From positions 1 to 28,742 of the forward strand of contig JBEBGD010000070.1 of the NCBI GenBank assembly GCA_040081625.1: a stretch of 28,742 bases of DNA, given 5' to 3'. Shown piece by piece: positions 27,407 to 28,742 of this stretch. The stretch is from Chthoniobacteraceae bacterium. Its GTDB lineage: Bacteria; Verrucomicrobiota; Verrucomicrobiia; Chthoniobacterales; Chthoniobacteraceae. The notes beneath the pieces were generated by a model. The model ran no database searches, was not told the DNA's origin, and saw nothing but the letters and a program-made list of their open reading frames with translations. The position numbers and the translations under genes are program-made. Each line of letters opens with the position of its first letter. The first letter of the stretch is position 1.

Positions 27407-27593
27407 CTAGAATGCTTCGTGAAGGAGTTCAGAGGCCGCACCGAAGTGCGCGGGCAGAGGTCGGGAGGCAGGGGCGTGTTTCAAGGTCGGTGATTCGATC
27501 AGATGGGTGGTGGGTTGTGGGAAGCACTTTGTCCGCGTGCCGGACTCGGGAAATGTTCGTCGCGTCTGGCACCGCACGTGCGCAGGATGAGCG

Positions 27594-27803
27594 ATGCGCA
27601 TCGCACTTCTCCTCGTCGCCATCGTGGTGATCTTTCTCGGGCTTTGGCTGATTGCGTCGGGTTTCATCGACCCCGTGCCGGCTGCGAGCGGCGCGGCGCA
27701 GGTCGTTGCCGCTCCGCGGCAAAATGCGAATCCCGGCGTGCTCGGCGTCGCCTTGCTTGTGGGTGGCGTCATTTTCCTGATTCTTCTTGGCCGGCGGCGC
27801 TAG
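27594..27803 (+). CDS. Small two-TM membrane protein (69 aa)
   Basis: AGGA lies 6 nt before ATG 27594. Two strongly hydrophobic segments and a GRRR tail. Confidence 0.65.
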   Translation: MRIALLLVAIVVIFLGLWLIASGFIDPVPAASGAAQVVAAPRQNANPGVLGVALLVGGVIFLILLGRRR

Positions 27804-28704
27804 CGTCGACGGGCACGCACACCACGCTCATCGGCGCGTGACGCACGACACCGCGTGAGACCGAGCCGTGCCGCAGTCGCGCGAGGCCGTGGCGCTGATG
27901 GGTGCCGACGACGAGCACATCCGCCTGCGCCGCGGTCGCGAGCTGCACGAGGTGCGCGTCCACCCGGCCCCAGCTGGCGCGCACACAGATCTCCACGGGC
28001 GCGTCGCCGAGTGCGGCGGCGACTTTCTCGCGGAGATCATGCTCGAGGATGCGCTGCACCTCGGGCGGATTTTCCGTCAAGCTGGGCACGCCGTGGATGC
28101 CGCGCCTGCTGCCTTCCTCCGCCGGGGAGTCCACGTGGGCCGCGGTGATCTCGCACGGACCGAGTTCGCGCAGCCCGGCAACCCAGCGCAGCGCCGCGTC
28201 GGCGCCCGGTGAAAAATCGGCGGCCACGAAAACCTTGAGCGCCCGCTCGCGGCGCGCCCACGCATCGAATGGCGCGGCGTCGCGCACGACGAGCGTCGGC
28301 GCGGGCGCGGCCTCGGCGAGGTGCTCTGAGACGCTGCCGAGTGTCCATCGCGCGAAGGTCGTCTTGCTCACCGCCGAGACGACGAGGAGATCGGCGGATT
28401 GTTCGGCGATGAAGGCGAGGATCGCATCGGCCGCAGGCTGGCCATGGCGGATTTCCGCGGTCACTTGCGCGCCGCCCGCCGACAGGCGCTGCTTCTCGGA
28501 GTTCAACTGTTCGCGAACCGGGCGCAGGAAATCCTCCAGGTGCTGCGCGCTGTCCGAGTGCGTGTTGAATTCGTCGGCGGCGTGCAACAGCAGCAGCGGC
28601 TTTTTCCAGAAACGCGCCAGGGCTGCCGCGGCGCTGGCAGCGTGCGCGGCATTGCGGGAGAAGTCGGTGGCGCAGACGATGGAGCGCGGCAGAGGATGGT
28701 TCAT
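27769..28704 (-). CDS. Universal stress protein with two USP domains
   Basis: IVCATDFS...LGSVSEHLAEAAPAPTLVV and VAADFS...LVVGTHQRHG...GSVSRGVVRHAPMSVVCVP. Confidence 0.9.
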   Translation of the reverse strand: MNHPLPRSIVCATDFSRNAAHAASAAAALARFWKKPLLLLHAADEFNTHSDSAQHLEDFLRPVREQLNSEKQRLSAGGAQVTAEIRHGQPAADAILAFIAEQSADLLVVSAVSKTTFARWTLGSVSEHLAEAAPAPTLVVRDAAPFDAWARRERALKVFVAADFSPGADAALRWVAGLRELGPCEITAAHVDSPAEEGSRRGIHGVPSLTENPPEVQRILEHDLREKVAAALGDAPVEICVRASWGRVDAHLVQLATAAQADVLVVGTHQRHGLARLRHGSVSRGVVRHAPMSVVCVPVDASAAGQEESGK

Positions 28705-28742
28705 GCGACGACGGTCATAGCCCCACTTGGCTACATGTCACA

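Noticed and set aside
28727..28742. TGTGA at the window edge upstream of usp as a Crp/Fnr site
   Set aside because: Only a half-site. The second half does not match TCACA and the context is cut off.
1..28742. CRISPR arrays, tRNA/rRNA, prophage or defence systems
   Set aside because: I saw no spaced repeats, structural RNA signatures or phage genes. The beta-CASP and AAA_28 genes lack defence-type partners here.

Overview
A GC-rich bacterial chromosomal segment; the gene style suggests Verrucomicrobiota (Chthoniobacterales-like), but that is an inference only. It has three zones. (1) 117-1200: decayed, nested insertion sequences. An IS66 remnant (left IR, tnpA, frameshifted tnpB, no tnpC) abuts the C-terminal part of a frameshifted IS4-family transposase. 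(2) 1314-12765: housekeeping and envelope genes, namely a Tat-signal Hyi-family isomerase, a zinc-ribbon membrane protein, a CocE/NonD hydrolase, an orphan recF, an ExuT-like MFS transporter, a lipoprotein, a LapA-like protein, an MscS-like protein and a pqiA1-pqiA2-pqiB-pqiC operon. (3) 12890-28704: a nearly uninterrupted minus-strand stress/redox cluster with USP, TerC/Alx, an AAA_28 ATPase, an internally deleted ppsA, a P-type ATPase, lactate permease, D-lactate dehydrogenase, ChrA, a beta-CASP metallo-hydrolase, rhodanese-DUF2892, a CstB-like persulfide dioxygenase-rhodanese, an ICMT-family methyltransferase and cardiolipin synthase. The best candidate for an undescribed system is the tightly coupled rhodanese / persulfide dioxygenase / methyltransferase / cls module. 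The mini-ppsA deletion allele and the ldhA-chrA coupling are also notable. I saw no rRNA, tRNA or CRISPR array. All family calls come from motif recognition by eye, not database searches.
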